From assembly GCA_025774805.1 (NCBI GenBank), contig JALGZR010000012.1, positions 629 to 64,628 on the forward strand: 64,000 nt of DNA, given 5' to 3'. The notes below the pieces were generated by a model. That model ran no database searches and had not been told where the DNA came from. It saw only the letters and a list, made by a program, of their open reading frames with translations. This document shows, one piece after another, positions 47,774 through 57,814 of the stretch. Position 1 is the stretch's first letter. Every line of letters begins with the position of its first letter. The position numbers and the translations under genes are program-made. The stretch is from a bacterium. GTDB lineage: Bacteria; ARS69.

Positions 47774-50700
47774 CGTCGACATCGGCCGTGAGCCCCGAGC
47801 TGTTGTCCCGAGTCCAGGACGCGTTCGCCGCCCTCGAGAGCGGGTCGCCCGCCGATCCGGCCACCGCGACGGTGACCCTGGTCCGAGCGACCCGCGAGGC
47901 GGTGAGGGCCCTGGAGCGGATGACCGCGTCGCTCACGGAGGAGACCGATTCGGACCGAGGCGACGTCCGCGCCCATCGTTCCCTGGTGCACCGGATTCTC
48001 GACGACGCCGGCCACCGGTCGGTCAGCACGGCCTTCGCAGAATCCCCGTTCGCGAAGGAGTGGACGGATCTGCTTCTCGAGGCGGTGCTCGCCTCCGACT
48101 ACACGGTCGGGGACCTTTTCTTTTCGCGGGCCCGCGCCCTCGGAGATCGCACGCTGTTCCTGCTGCCCCCCGGTCGGAAGGAGGGTCGGGTCTCCTGGGT
48201 GGAGGCGGAGCGGCGGGTCGTTCGCATCGGGCGGGCGCTCCTCGCCGCCCGCGACCGGGGAGAGGTCGGACCCGAGGCCGGACCGGTCGCGATCCTCGGA
48301 CCGAACTCGCCCGAGCTCGCGCTGTTCGATCTCGCCTGTCTCGTGGTCGGGATCCCGAACGTCCCGGTGCCGGCGAACTCGCCGCCCGACCAGATCGAGT
48401 TCATTCTCGTTCACGCGAAGGCCACCGCGCTGTTCCTCGGGGACGATGCGGCCGCCCGGGCGGCGGCGGGAGCGATCGCCGCCCGCGGGGACGCGCTGCG
48501 GGTCCACTGGATCGACGGGCGTCGCCCGGAGGCGCTTCCGGTCCGTTCGCTGGAGGAGTTCCTCGCGAAGGGAGACACCGTTCCCGAGGAGCGGGTGAGG
48601 GAGGAGGCCTTCCGAGTCCGCTCCGCCGATCTCGCGACGACGATGTACACGTCGGGAACGACCGGCGTCCCCCGGGGGATCCCGTTCACCCAGGGGAACC
48701 TCGTCACGAAGCGATTCGCGCGCGCCGCGGCCTGGCCCGATCTCGGAACGGGCGACGTCTTTCTCTGTTACCTGCCGCTCTACCACACGTTCGGTCGCTG
48801 GCTGGAGATGCTTGGCTGCGTCTTCTGGGGGGCGGTGTACGCGTTCCTCGAGGACGTCTCGCTCGAGTCCCTTCTCTACTCCTTCCAGCGCGTACGTCCG
48901 ACCGCGTTCATCAGCGTCCCGAAGAAGTGGATTCAGATCGCGGAGTCGGTCGGGCCGGGCGGCGAGGACGCTCTTGACGACGCCGCGTCCCCCGACGAGC
49001 GGGAGATCAGCCGAGAGCTCGTTCGCGTCACGGGAGGGCGGCTGCGGCGAGGTCTCTCCGCGGCGGGCTACCTCCCTCCCTGGATCTTCCGTCGCTTCCA
49101 CGGCGCGGACATCGAGCTGCACTCCGGGTTCGGCATGACCGAGGCCACGGGGGGCATCACGATGACGCCGGAAGGGGACTACCGGGACGAATCGATCGGC
49201 GTGGCGCTTCCCGGTATCGAGCTGAAGGTCGCCGAGGACGGCGAGCTCTTCATCCGGGGTCCCTACGTCACCCCCGAGTCGGAGGACGAGCCCCCGCGGG
49301 TGGAGGGGTGGCTCGCGACCGGCGACATCGTTCGATCGGACGCGGAGGGGCACTACCGGATCGTCGATCGGAAGAAAGAGATCTTCAAGAACATCCAGGG
49401 AGAGACGATCTCCCCGCGACGGATCGAGAGCCTGTTCGCCGATTTCGAGATCGTCGAACGGGTCGTCGTCATCGGAGACGATCGACCCTACTGCACGGCG
49501 CTGATCGTGCCGACCGCCGAGCTGCGGAGCGAGTTCGCGGCCGATGCGAACGCTTTCACGATCGACACGCCGGATCTCCGCGAGCGGTTCGCTCCCGTCG
49601 TGTCCAGCGTGAACGGCTTCCTGGCCCCGTACGAGCGCGTGCTCGACTTCGCCGTGCTCGCGCGGGACCTCGATCCGGATCGCGGCGAGCTCACCGCAAA
49701 GGGCACCCCGCGCCGCAACGTGTTGGTCGACCGGTTCCGCGACGCGATCGAGCCTCTCTACTCGCGGGAGGCGGTGCAGCGAACGATCGGCGAGGTCACC
49801 GTGCGCGTCCCCCACTGGTTCTTGAGACAGACCGGCATCCCGCCGACCGAGCTGCGGGCGACCCCGGAGGGGCTCGAGGCCGGCTCCTCCGCGCGGCTGT
49901 CGATCCGCCCCGGGACGGGCGAGGGGTGCGTGATCGTGGGGGACCTGGAATACGATCCGGGCGGCGGCGAGGTGCGGCTGGGCGAGATCGTAGGACGCGC
50001 CGAGCTCTGGTTGGGGAACGACATGGTGCGACGCTTCGCGGGACCGGGCATCGACCACTGGTGGCGCCGCGGCCCCCGCCTCGACGTACGCACTCGACTG
50101 GTGAGCCGGCTCGTCGCCGGGGCAGCTCCGCCCGAGGACCCGAGCCGGAGAACGGAGCTTCCCCCCCGCGAGCCCTCGGGCTCCCCCGTCGATCTCGCGA
50201 ACCTCCACGCGTGGGTCCGGGGACTGTCCTCCCCCGATCCGGACGTTCGAAGGGAGACCGTGGAGGCTCTGCGAAAGGACCTCACGGGGGAGAACCCCGA
50301 GCGCGACTCCCTGGTCCGTCGCGTGCTCCGTTCCGGACTCTCCGACACCCCCATTCGCCCCCACTGCCTGCGCGCGATCATCCCCGGCCTGGCGCCGGAA
50401 GAGCTGGACCGGGCGATCGAAGAGGGAATCGCCGACCCGACGTTTCTATCGGAGGATGAGATCCGGATCGCGGCCGAGTCTCCCCTGCGCGGGGATCAGC
50501 TCGACTACCTGATGCACCGGATCCGGGACTCCGCTCCCGCCGACGAGGAGAAGCGGTGGCCCGAACGGATGCCGGGGCTGCTCCGCCGGCTGCGTTTCCT
50601 CGTGGAGCTGGCGATTCGACATCGCGCGAATCTCCTACGGGTTCGCTCTCTCCTCGCGGATCTGATCGCCCGATCCCGCGACCCCGGTCGGACCGAGGAG

Positions 50701-52569
50701 CTGGAGACGCTGTTCTCCCGACTCGAGTGCGGATTCCTGGAGAGACTGCCCGAGACCCAGGTCGCTCCCGGGGTGCCGTGGAGGGGGGCGGTGTTCTTCC
50801 GGGGCGAGGTGGAGGAGAACCACCAGGATCGCATCCTCGACGCGATCTCCCGCACGAAGCTCCTGGCGGAGGCGCTCGCCCTGCTCGGTGCGACCCCGCC
50901 CCGGAGTCCCCTCCTCCTGTCTTCCCGATCGGTGCGCATCTCGCGGCTCGCTCCGAGCCGCGGTCGTACCGTCTACCTGCTCGCGTGGTCCCCCGCCGGC
51001 CTGGACCGCACCGCTCCCCGCTTCGAGTGCGTCCTGAAGGTGAACGAGAGCCTCGACTGGGAGAAGATCCGGGAGGAGCGGCGTCTTCTCGTACGCATGC
51101 GGACGGGGGGCACCGGGCGTCCGGTCGTGAAGGCCCAGGGCGGGGCCTACCCCGAGCAGGGTCTCTGGACCGAGGAGTACATTCCGGGGCCGACCCTCGA
51201 TCGACTCGTGGAGGACCTCGTCCGGGAGGAGGACGAACGCACCACCGGCCGCCTACCCGAGCTCTGGCAGTTCCTGGTTTCGTCGTGCGCTTCCCTCGTG
51301 GTCGATGCCTGGAGGCGAACGGGGAGCACGCAGACGCTCGCGAACCCCTCGCCGCGCATGGTCGTGCTTCCTCCCCGCGACTGGCAGGTGGGGGGACGGC
51401 TCGTCTCCGTCGCGAACCGCAAGCGGTGCGAGCGTCTGATCGACGTGCTCGAGTCGGTTCGCCAGGGCATCATCCGCCCGCTGCACGAGCGGTTCGGATC
51501 GGCGGGACTCGAGTCCGAACGGCGGCTTCTTCTCTCCGGCGCCCTCGAGGCGATCGGCGAGGAGGAGGGCCTCGCAATCCTCGAGAGGGAGGCCCCCCCC
51601 GACTCGGCGGCCTCCCGATTCGTCTCGTCCGTCCGCCGGCGCGGGTTCCTTCCGGTCCACATCCGAATCGCCGCGCGCCGTTACCGCCGGTGGTGCCACC
51701 TCAACGCGGACGCCACCCTGCAGGCCCAGGCCGCGACACTCGACCAGGTCGCCGCGGCCTACGGACTCGGCGAGCTCGACGTGGAACGGCCCGGCTCCCG
51801 ACTGCAGTTCTACCGCCACACGGTGTTCCGGGGAACGGACGATCGTTTCATGCGGGCGTTCGACGCGATCATCGCCGACACCCTCGCGCGCTCCGCGACG
51901 GGGGACCGCCCTCCCCGAGGCGCGGCGACCTCCGGCCCCCCCGGACGATGGCACCGAGAGCTCGCCGATCTCCGGGAGCGCTTCCCTCTGACCGATCGAC
52001 AGGAGTTCTTCCTCGCCCAGACGCTCTACCCCCACGTCGATCCGGAGGGAAAGGCCATGCTCGTGCGCGAGCGGGCCGAGGGTGCAGGACACGGCACGGG
52101 AATGGAGGTCACGTATCAGGACGCGGAGGGTGAGGAGTTCCGCATTCACCCCCCGCGCAATCCGAACGAGGTCGGCGCCCTCTCCCGTGTGTTCCGCGCC
52201 GCCAATTTCCGCCGGGTCCCGTCCGCAGAACAGGACGAGCTGCTCGTGGTGACCCAGGCGCAGGGGCGGGTGATCGGCGGACTCATCTTCCACCGCCCGA
52301 GCGCGACGTATGCTCACCTCGAGTGGCTCGTGGTGAGCCGGCACCGAAGGGGACGCGGCATCGGGGCCGTGCTGCTGAGGGAGTTCCTCGACCGCGTCAA
52401 GGCGCAGGGGGTCCTGGCCGTCTCCACCGGGTTCTTCCATCGGCAGTTCTTCGCGAGGTTCGATTTCGTGATCGATCCTCGCTATGCGGGTCAAGTGCGG
52501 ATCCTCGGCGGAGAGGAGACGGGAGATCCCACCGCGCCCGATTCAGGGGACGTGACGGAAATCCGATAG
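47770..52569 (+). CDS. Multidomain AMP-binding (acyl-CoA synthetase-like), helical, kinase-like, GNAT fusion protein
   Basis: GTGA overlap with the upstream stop; YTSGTTG, GFGMTE, TGD, DRKKE; VLK..EYIPG; LVVSRHRRGRGIG. Confidence 0.85.
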   Translation: MTSTSAVSPELLSRVQDAFAALESGSPADPATATVTLVRATREAVRALERMTASLTEETDSDRGDVRAHRSLVHRILDDAGHRSVSTAFAESPFAKEWTDLLLEAVLASDYTVGDLFFSRARALGDRTLFLLPPGRKEGRVSWVEAERRVVRIGRALLAARDRGEVGPEAGPVAILGPNSPELALFDLACLVVGIPNVPVPANSPPDQIEFILVHAKATALFLGDDAAARAAAGAIAARGDALRVHWIDGRRPEALPVRSLEEFLAKGDTVPEERVREEAFRVRSADLATTMYTSGTTGVPRGIPFTQGNLVTKRFARAAAWPDLGTGDVFLCYLPLYHTFGRWLEMLGCVFWGAVYAFLEDVSLESLLYSFQRVRPTAFISVPKKWIQIAESVGPGGEDALDDAASPDEREISRELVRVTGGRLRRGLSAAGYLPPWIFRRFHGADIELHSGFGMTEATGGITMTPEGDYRDESIGVALPGIELKVAEDGELFIRGPYVTPESEDEPPRVEGWLATGDIVRSDAEGHYRIVDRKKEIFKNIQGETISPRRIESLFADFEIVERVVVIGDDRPYCTALIVPTAELRSEFAADANAFTIDTPDLRERFAPVVSSVNGFLAPYERVLDFAVLARDLDPDRGELTAKGTPRRNVLVDRFRDAIEPLYSREAVQRTIGEVTVRVPHWFLRQTGIPPTELRATPEGLEAGSSARLSIRPGTGEGCVIVGDLEYDPGGGEVRLGEIVGRAELWLGNDMVRRFAGPGIDHWWRRGPRLDVRTRLVSRLVAGAAPPEDPSRRTELPPREPSGSPVDLANLHAWVRGLSSPDPDVRRETVEALRKDLTGENPERDSLVRRVLRSGLSDTPIRPHCLRAIIPGLAPEELDRAIEEGIADPTFLSEDEIRIAAESPLRGDQLDYLMHRIRDSAPADEEKRWPERMPGLLRRLRFLVELAIRHRANLLRVRSLLADLIARSRDPGRTEELETLFSRLECGFLERLPETQVAPGVPWRGAVFFRGEVEENHQDRILDAISRTKLLAEALALLGATPPRSPLLLSSRSVRISRLAPSRGRTVYLLAWSPAGLDRTAPRFECVLKVNESLDWEKIREERRLLVRMRTGGTGRPVVKAQGGAYPEQGLWTEEYIPGPTLDRLVEDLVREEDERTTGRLPELWQFLVSSCASLVVDAWRRTGSTQTLANPSPRMVVLPPRDWQVGGRLVSVANRKRCERLIDVLESVRQGIIRPLHERFGSAGLESERRLLLSGALEAIGEEEGLAILEREAPPDSAASRFVSSVRRRGFLPVHIRIAARRYRRWCHLNADATLQAQAATLDQVAAAYGLGELDVERPGSRLQFYRHTVFRGTDDRFMRAFDAIIADTLARSATGDRPPRGAATSGPPGRWHRELADLRERFPLTDRQEFFLAQTLYPHVDPEGKAMLVRERAEGAGHGTGMEVTYQDAEGEEFRIHPPRNPNEVGALSRVFRAANFRRVPSAEQDELLVVTQAQGRVIGGLIFHRPSATYAHLEWLVVSRHRRGRGIGAVLLREFLDRVKAQGVLAVSTGFFHRQFFARFDFVIDPRYAGQVRILGGEETGDPTAPDSGDVTEIR

Positions 52570-52610
52570 CAGGATGTCGGCGCGAGGCCGCGCTCGCCCC
52601 GGGGGTGGCA

Positions 52611-54314
52611 ATGGACCGCAAATCTTGGCACGAAGCTTACGAACCGGGGGTGCCCCCCTCTCTCGAGTACGAGGAGATCACCCTTCCGGCCATGCTACGC
52701 CGGTCGGCCGGGTCGCACCCGGACGCGGCGGCCGTCCGGTTCATGAACCGGACGATGACGTATCGTCAGCTCGTGGAGGACGTCGATCGCTTCGCAGCCG
52801 GACTCGCATCGCTCGGAGTGACTCCGGGGGCACGGGTGGCGATCCACCTACCGAACCTGCCCCAGACGGTCATCTCCGTTCACGCGGCGCTCTCCCTGGG
52901 TGCCGTGCCGGTGATGACGAACCCGCTCTACGTGTCCCGCGAGATCGAGCAGCAGTGGAACGACGCCGGGTGCGTCGTCGCGGTGACCACGGACTTCCTG
53001 TTCACGAGTCGGGTCGCGCCGATCCGATCCCGACTTCCCGTGCGCGAGTACGTCATCGCGTCGATCCCCGAGTATCTCCGCTTTCCCCTGCGGCTCTTGG
53101 CCCCTTGGAAGCTGCGGAGATCCGATCCTCCCCTCATCGCCAACGTGCCGGACCAGAGATCGGTCCACCGATTCCGACTCCTGCGGGGGGCGCCGTCCGG
53201 CACCCGATCCCACCCTCCGCCCGCTCTCGACGATCTGGCGATCCTCCAGTACACGGGAGGAACGACGGGGGTCGCGAAAGCGGCGATGCTCACCCATCGG
53301 AACCTGTCTTTCCAGGTCCAGCAGCTGAGGGCCTGGCTTCCCGGACTCGTGCCCGGAGGAGAGGTCTTCCTCGGCGCGCTCCCGTTCTTCCACGTGTTCG
53401 GGCTCACCGTGGCGCTGAACCTGCCCGTCGCGCTCGCGGCCGAGATGGTGTTGATCCCCAACCCGAGGGACATCCCCCGGTTGATCTCGAGCATCAATCG
53501 CTACGGTGTTTCGATCTTCCCGACCGTGCCCGCCATGATCGACGGGATCAACCGGAGCCCCAAGGTCGGCTCGCTGAAGGTCGGCACGTTGAAGATGTGC
53601 GTCTCGGGCTCCGCCCCCATGCCCGAGAGCACCCTCCGCCGCTTCGAGGAGCGCACCGGCGGGAAGATCGTCGAGGGTTACGGCCTCACCGAGACGTCCC
53701 CGGTCACCCACGTCAATCCGCAGAACGGCGTCCGCAAGGTCAACACGATCGGTCTGCCCCTGCCCGACACCGATTGCCGGATCGTGTCGCTCGAAGACGG
53801 GGTCAGCGAGTTGCCGGCGGGCGGAGAGGGGGAGCTCTACATCCGGGGACCGCAGGTGATGGCCGGCTACTGGAATCGTCCCGACGAGACCGAGCGCGTG
53901 TTGCGGGACGGGTGGCTGCGCACCGGCGATCTCGCCGCGCGCGACGAAGAGGGGTACTTCCGGATCTGCGGCCGCAAGAAGGACATGATCCTCGCGAGCG
54001 GGTACAACATCTACCCGGACGAGGTGGACCAAGTCCTCTCTTCCCACCCGGCCGTGCTCGAGTGCGCGACCATCGGCGTTCCGGACGAGAGGCGCGGGGA
54101 GACGGTGAAGTCCTTCGTCGTTCTCCGATCGGATCGTGAGGCGACCTCCGACGACCTCCGGGAACACTGCCGCGCGAATCTCGCCGTCTTCAAGGTTCCC
54201 CGGGAGATCGAGTTCCGGGACGAGCTGCCCAAGAGCAGCGTGTTGAAGGTCCTCCGGCGGGAGCTGCTGGTGCAGGAGCTGCGGGCTAGAGGGTTACCTG
54301 AACCAGGGCCATGA
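52611..54314 (+). CDS. fadD: Long-chain fatty acid-CoA ligase
   Basis: LQYTGGTTGVAK, EGYGLTETSP, GPQVMAGYW, TGD, RKKDMI, LPKS..LK. Confidence 0.9.
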   Translation: MDRKSWHEAYEPGVPPSLEYEEITLPAMLRRSAGSHPDAAAVRFMNRTMTYRQLVEDVDRFAAGLASLGVTPGARVAIHLPNLPQTVISVHAALSLGAVPVMTNPLYVSREIEQQWNDAGCVVAVTTDFLFTSRVAPIRSRLPVREYVIASIPEYLRFPLRLLAPWKLRRSDPPLIANVPDQRSVHRFRLLRGAPSGTRSHPPPALDDLAILQYTGGTTGVAKAAMLTHRNLSFQVQQLRAWLPGLVPGGEVFLGALPFFHVFGLTVALNLPVALAAEMVLIPNPRDIPRLISSINRYGVSIFPTVPAMIDGINRSPKVGSLKVGTLKMCVSGSAPMPESTLRRFEERTGGKIVEGYGLTETSPVTHVNPQNGVRKVNTIGLPLPDTDCRIVSLEDGVSELPAGGEGELYIRGPQVMAGYWNRPDETERVLRDGWLRTGDLAARDEEGYFRICGRKKDMILASGYNIYPDEVDQVLSSHPAVLECATIGVPDERRGETVKSFVVLRSDREATSDDLREHCRANLAVFKVPREIEFRDELPKSSVLKVLRRELLVQELRARGLPEPGP

Positions 54315-55098
54315 CCCCGAAGCCGAGCAGGAACATCCAGGCTATTTGAGCCGGGGACCGCTCCTCGAGCGCGCTGGGGACGAGCTCGATCAGGACCAGG
54401 TACATCATCGCCCCGGCGGCGAAACCCAGGAACGGGAGCATCAACGGCTCGAACAGCCATACGGTGAGCCCCGCGGGCACGGCCGCGAGGGGCTGCGGCA
54501 GGCTCGTGGCGACGGCGAGCACGAAGCACTTGCGCAGCGAGGCCCCCTGAAGGCGAAGCGGAAGAGCGACCGCGAGCCCCTCGGGGATGTTGTGGAACGC
54601 GATGGCGAGCGCGACGTAGTTCCCGAAGCCCGCCGTCGCGGCGAGGTGGGTCTCGGCGCCGTACCCGACTCCGACCGCGACGCCCTCCGGAATGGAGTGG
54701 AACGTCATCGCCAGGAACACGAGGACCTCCGTTCGTCCCCCCACGCGACGGAGAATCGAGCTCTCGGTTCGCTCCGGGGTGAGGTATCTCTCGACCAGAG
54801 CCAGGAAACCGGCCCCGGCCGCCATGCCGGCGAGCACCTTCAGAACGGGGCTGATTGCCGTCGCGTTGTCGCCCCCCACCGTCAAGGCCGGCAGGAGCAG
54901 GTTGTAGACGGAGGCGGAGAACATGAGACCGGACGCGAACGCATAGCCGAGTCCGACCCGTCGTTCGAGATGGAGACCGGGAAACGCGAGAGGGAGGGCC
55001 CCGAGTCCACAGGCGATGCTGGCGACGATGCCCGCGATGAAGGCGCGGAGAACGAAGTCGTACTGGACGTACCAGGGAAGGATCCCGCCGCCTTCCAC
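54286..55098 (-). CDS. ZIP (GufA/ZupT-like) metal transporter
   Basis: FHSIPEGVAVG, FHNIPEGLAV, FAAGAMMY; start uncertain. Confidence 0.9.
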   Translation of the reverse strand: MEGGGILPWYVQYDFVLRAFIAGIVASIACGLGALPLAFPGLHLERRVGLGYAFASGLMFSASVYNLLLPALTVGGDNATAISPVLKVLAGMAAGAGFLALVERYLTPERTESSILRRVGGRTEVLVFLAMTFHSIPEGVAVGVGYGAETHLAATAGFGNYVALAIAFHNIPEGLAVALPLRLQGASLRKCFVLAVATSLPQPLAAVPAGLTVWLFEPLMLPFLGFAAGAMMYLVLIELVPSALEERSPAQIAWMFLLGFGVMALVQVTL

Positions 55099-55231
55099 GC
55101 GAGCCCTCCGGACACGGGGGGGTCCGGGCAATCTAACCCGACTCTCGAACGGGGCCAAGCCCGGATCTGGGGGTCCTGGGGGCGGATTTCGGGTCGCAGC
55201 CGGACCGCCCGAGGCCGGTGGGATCTGGGGG

Positions 55232-55412
55232 CTAGCCTGCATTTCTCACCAGGCTCGTCGCGAGGCTGTGGATCGTCGTGTCTGGCGAGGAGATGGGGGG
55301 GTTTCACCCAAGGCGGGGCCGTAGCCCCGTCGCAGGGGGGAAGCGCGCCAGCGACGAAGCCAGGCGCGGCGAGCGGCTGCCGCAGCAGAGGCCGGTGAGA
55401 TATGCAGGCTAG
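55232..55412. mobile_element. Family A element (full length, 181 bp)
   Basis: CTAGCCTGCATTTCTCACC...GGTGAGATATGCAGGCTAG; central GGGGC-CGTA-GCCCC hairpin. Confidence 0.85.
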
Positions 55413-55495
55413 AAGGGGAGTGCCTGGTCCGGTATGCTGGTGCCGTCGCAAGCCCTCACTCCCCGCCGTCACGCGGGCGTTCCCGGAGGACGGAC

Positions 55496-57814
55496 ATGTC
55501 CAGACTACTTCCCTTCGCGCTCCTGGTACTCCCTCTCATCTTCCCGTTCCCGTCCGGCGCCACCGGCTTCCAGGCCGGCTCCCTCCAGGAGGGGTATCGG
55601 GTGGAAGTGCTGGCTTCCGGCCCCGAGAGGACGGTCCTCCGATTCCAGGTGGGCCAGTTCGACCTGAGCCCCGTGGAGATCGACGGCGGGGAGTGGTCGA
55701 TCGTCGACTGGAAGGGCGGCGCGGCGGGGCTAGAGCGGGGCCTTCCGTCCCTTCCCGCGTTCCACGAGTCGATCGTCCTGCCGGACGACGCCCGCATGGA
55801 GCTCCGGGTGCTGTCGGCGGAGTTCCAGGACTTCCAGGGCGTCCGGATCGCTCCCTCCAAGGGCCTGTTCACGCGGGACATCCTGCCGTCGGACGTCCCG
55901 TACGAGTTCTCCGAATTCTACAACGGGAACGACTGGTATCCCGCAGAGCTGGCGTCCCTCGGAGCGCCCTACATCCTGCGGGACGTGCGCGGCGCCGTCA
56001 CCTCGGTGAACGCGTTCCAGTGGAACCCGGCATTGGAGACGCTTCGCGTCTATACCCGCGTGGACGTCGAGATCCGGGCCGCGGGACCGGGTGAGATCAA
56101 CGTGCTCACCCATCGCCCCGACCGGCGGGTCCGCGAGTTCGAGGAGATCTACGCGCGGCACTTCCTGAACTACGGGGGCGGCCTCCGCTACTCGCCGGTA
56201 GTCGAGGCGGGCACCGTGCTCGTGATCGCCTACGACTCGTTCGCCCCCGCGACTCAGCCTCTGGTGGACTGGAAGAACGAGATGGGCCTGCCCACTCGGC
56301 TGGCGCTGAAGTCCGAGGTCGGGACCACGGCAAACGACTTCAAGGCCTACATCCAGGACGCCTACGACAACGAGGGGGTCTGCTACATCATCCTCGTGGG
56401 AGACGCCGCCCAAATCCCGTACTTCTTGAACGACGGCGGCGCCGCCGATCCGATGATGACGCTTCTCGCGGGAGGGGACAGCTACCCGGACGCCTTCATC
56501 GGTCGCATCTCGGCCGAGACGCCGAGTCAGGTCGAGACGCAGGTGGAGCGGATCGTCGAATACGAGCGGGATCCCGACCCCGCCGGCACGTGGTACTCCA
56601 AGGGGATCGCGATCGCGTCGAACGAGGGAGCCGGCATCGGAGACGATGGAGAAGCGGACTGGCAGCACGCCCGGAACTATCGGGCGGACCTCCTCGCGTT
56701 CACCTACACGACGGTCGACGAGCTGTACGACGGTTCGCACGGGGGCGATCCCACGGGCAACGGAGGAGGCGGCGATGCCGCTGGCAATCCGACCCCGTCC
56801 ATGGTCGCGGATCGGGTCAATGCGGGCCGGAGCTTCATCGGCTACACCGGCCACGGATCCTCGTCGGCCTGGTCGACCTCCGGATTTTCGAGCGCCAACG
56901 TCAATGCCCTGGTCAACGACAACCAGCTTCCGGCGATCATCAGCGTGGCCTGCGTGAACGGACTGTTCACGAGCGGGACCTGCTTCGCGGAGGCGTGGCT
57001 CCGCGCCACCCACTCCGGGGAGCCCACGGGAGCGGTGGCCTGCTACATGTCGACGGTGAATCAGGGCTGGGCGCCACCGATGCGCGCGCAGGACGAGTTG
57101 GTCGACCTCCTCTGCGGCGAGGCGATGCGAACCTGGGGCGGGCTCTGCTTCAACGGCTCCTGCGACATGATCGACCACTACGGCTCGGCCGGCATCTCCG
57201 AGTTCAAGAACTGGACGATCTTCGGGGATCCGAGCCTGCAGATGCGCACGGCCACTCCCCTGCCCCTCGCCGTCAGCCACTCGGGAACGGTGGATCCCGC
57301 GGCGGGCGAGTTCGAGGTCACGACGGAGCCCGGGGCCCTTGCCGCGCTCAGTGACGAGGGCGTGCTCATCGGCTCGGCGTACGCCGACGAGCTCGGCATC
57401 GCGCTCATCATGTTCGACCCGCAGGACATGGCCGGTCGATCCGAGGTCACGCTCACGGTCACCGCGTTCAACTGCGTGCCGAACTCGAGCACGGTTCCGG
57501 TGGGAACGAGCACGACGTCCGTGCCGGCGGTGGCGGGTGTCGTGTCGCTCGAGCAGAACCTCCCCAACCCCTTCGCCCGATCGACCCGAATCGCGTTCTC
57601 CATTGCGGGCGACGCGGCCGTTCGGCTCGAGATCTACGACGTGGCCGGCCGCCGCGTCCGGACTCTGGAGAACGGACTCCTTCCGGCCGGAATCCACGAC
57701 GTGACGTGGGACGGCACCGACGACGCCGGTCACCGGCTGGCGGCGGGCAGCTACTTCTACCGTCTCGTTACGAACGAGAGAGTGGAGACGAAACGGATGG
57801 TGCGTCTCCGCTGA
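55496..57814 (+). CDS. Gingipain-like C25 cysteine peptidase with propeptide, Ig-like and FlgD-Ig/T9SS-like C-terminal domain
   Basis: APSKG, PYILRDVRG (propeptide); YIILVGD, IGRISA, YTGHG (His), VACVNG (Cys), WTIFGDPSL; C-terminal NLPNPF..IYDVAGRRV..WDG..YFYRL. Confidence 0.92.
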   Translation: MSRLLPFALLVLPLIFPFPSGATGFQAGSLQEGYRVEVLASGPERTVLRFQVGQFDLSPVEIDGGEWSIVDWKGGAAGLERGLPSLPAFHESIVLPDDARMELRVLSAEFQDFQGVRIAPSKGLFTRDILPSDVPYEFSEFYNGNDWYPAELASLGAPYILRDVRGAVTSVNAFQWNPALETLRVYTRVDVEIRAAGPGEINVLTHRPDRRVREFEEIYARHFLNYGGGLRYSPVVEAGTVLVIAYDSFAPATQPLVDWKNEMGLPTRLALKSEVGTTANDFKAYIQDAYDNEGVCYIILVGDAAQIPYFLNDGGAADPMMTLLAGGDSYPDAFIGRISAETPSQVETQVERIVEYERDPDPAGTWYSKGIAIASNEGAGIGDDGEADWQHARNYRADLLAFTYTTVDELYDGSHGGDPTGNGGGGDAAGNPTPSMVADRVNAGRSFIGYTGHGSSSAWSTSGFSSANVNALVNDNQLPAIISVACVNGLFTSGTCFAEAWLRATHSGEPTGAVACYMSTVNQGWAPPMRAQDELVDLLCGEAMRTWGGLCFNGSCDMIDHYGSAGISEFKNWTIFGDPSLQMRTATPLPLAVSHSGTVDPAAGEFEVTTEPGALAALSDEGVLIGSAYADELGIALIMFDPQDMAGRSEVTLTVTAFNCVPNSSTVPVGTSTTSVPAVAGVVSLEQNLPNPFARSTRIAFSIAGDAAVRLEIYDVAGRRVRTLENGLLPAGIHDVTWDGTDDAGHRLAAGSYFYRLVTNERVETKRMVRLR

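Noticed and set aside
47770-52569. NRPS or carboxylic acid reductase call
   Set aside because: No carrier-domain GGxS motif, no HHxxxDG condensation motif and no terminal reductase domain seen
30191-55412. Repeats as a CRISPR array or attC cassette sites
   Set aside because: Dispersed with no regular spacers; flanking genes are in mixed orientation and include core genes; no cas or integrase gene
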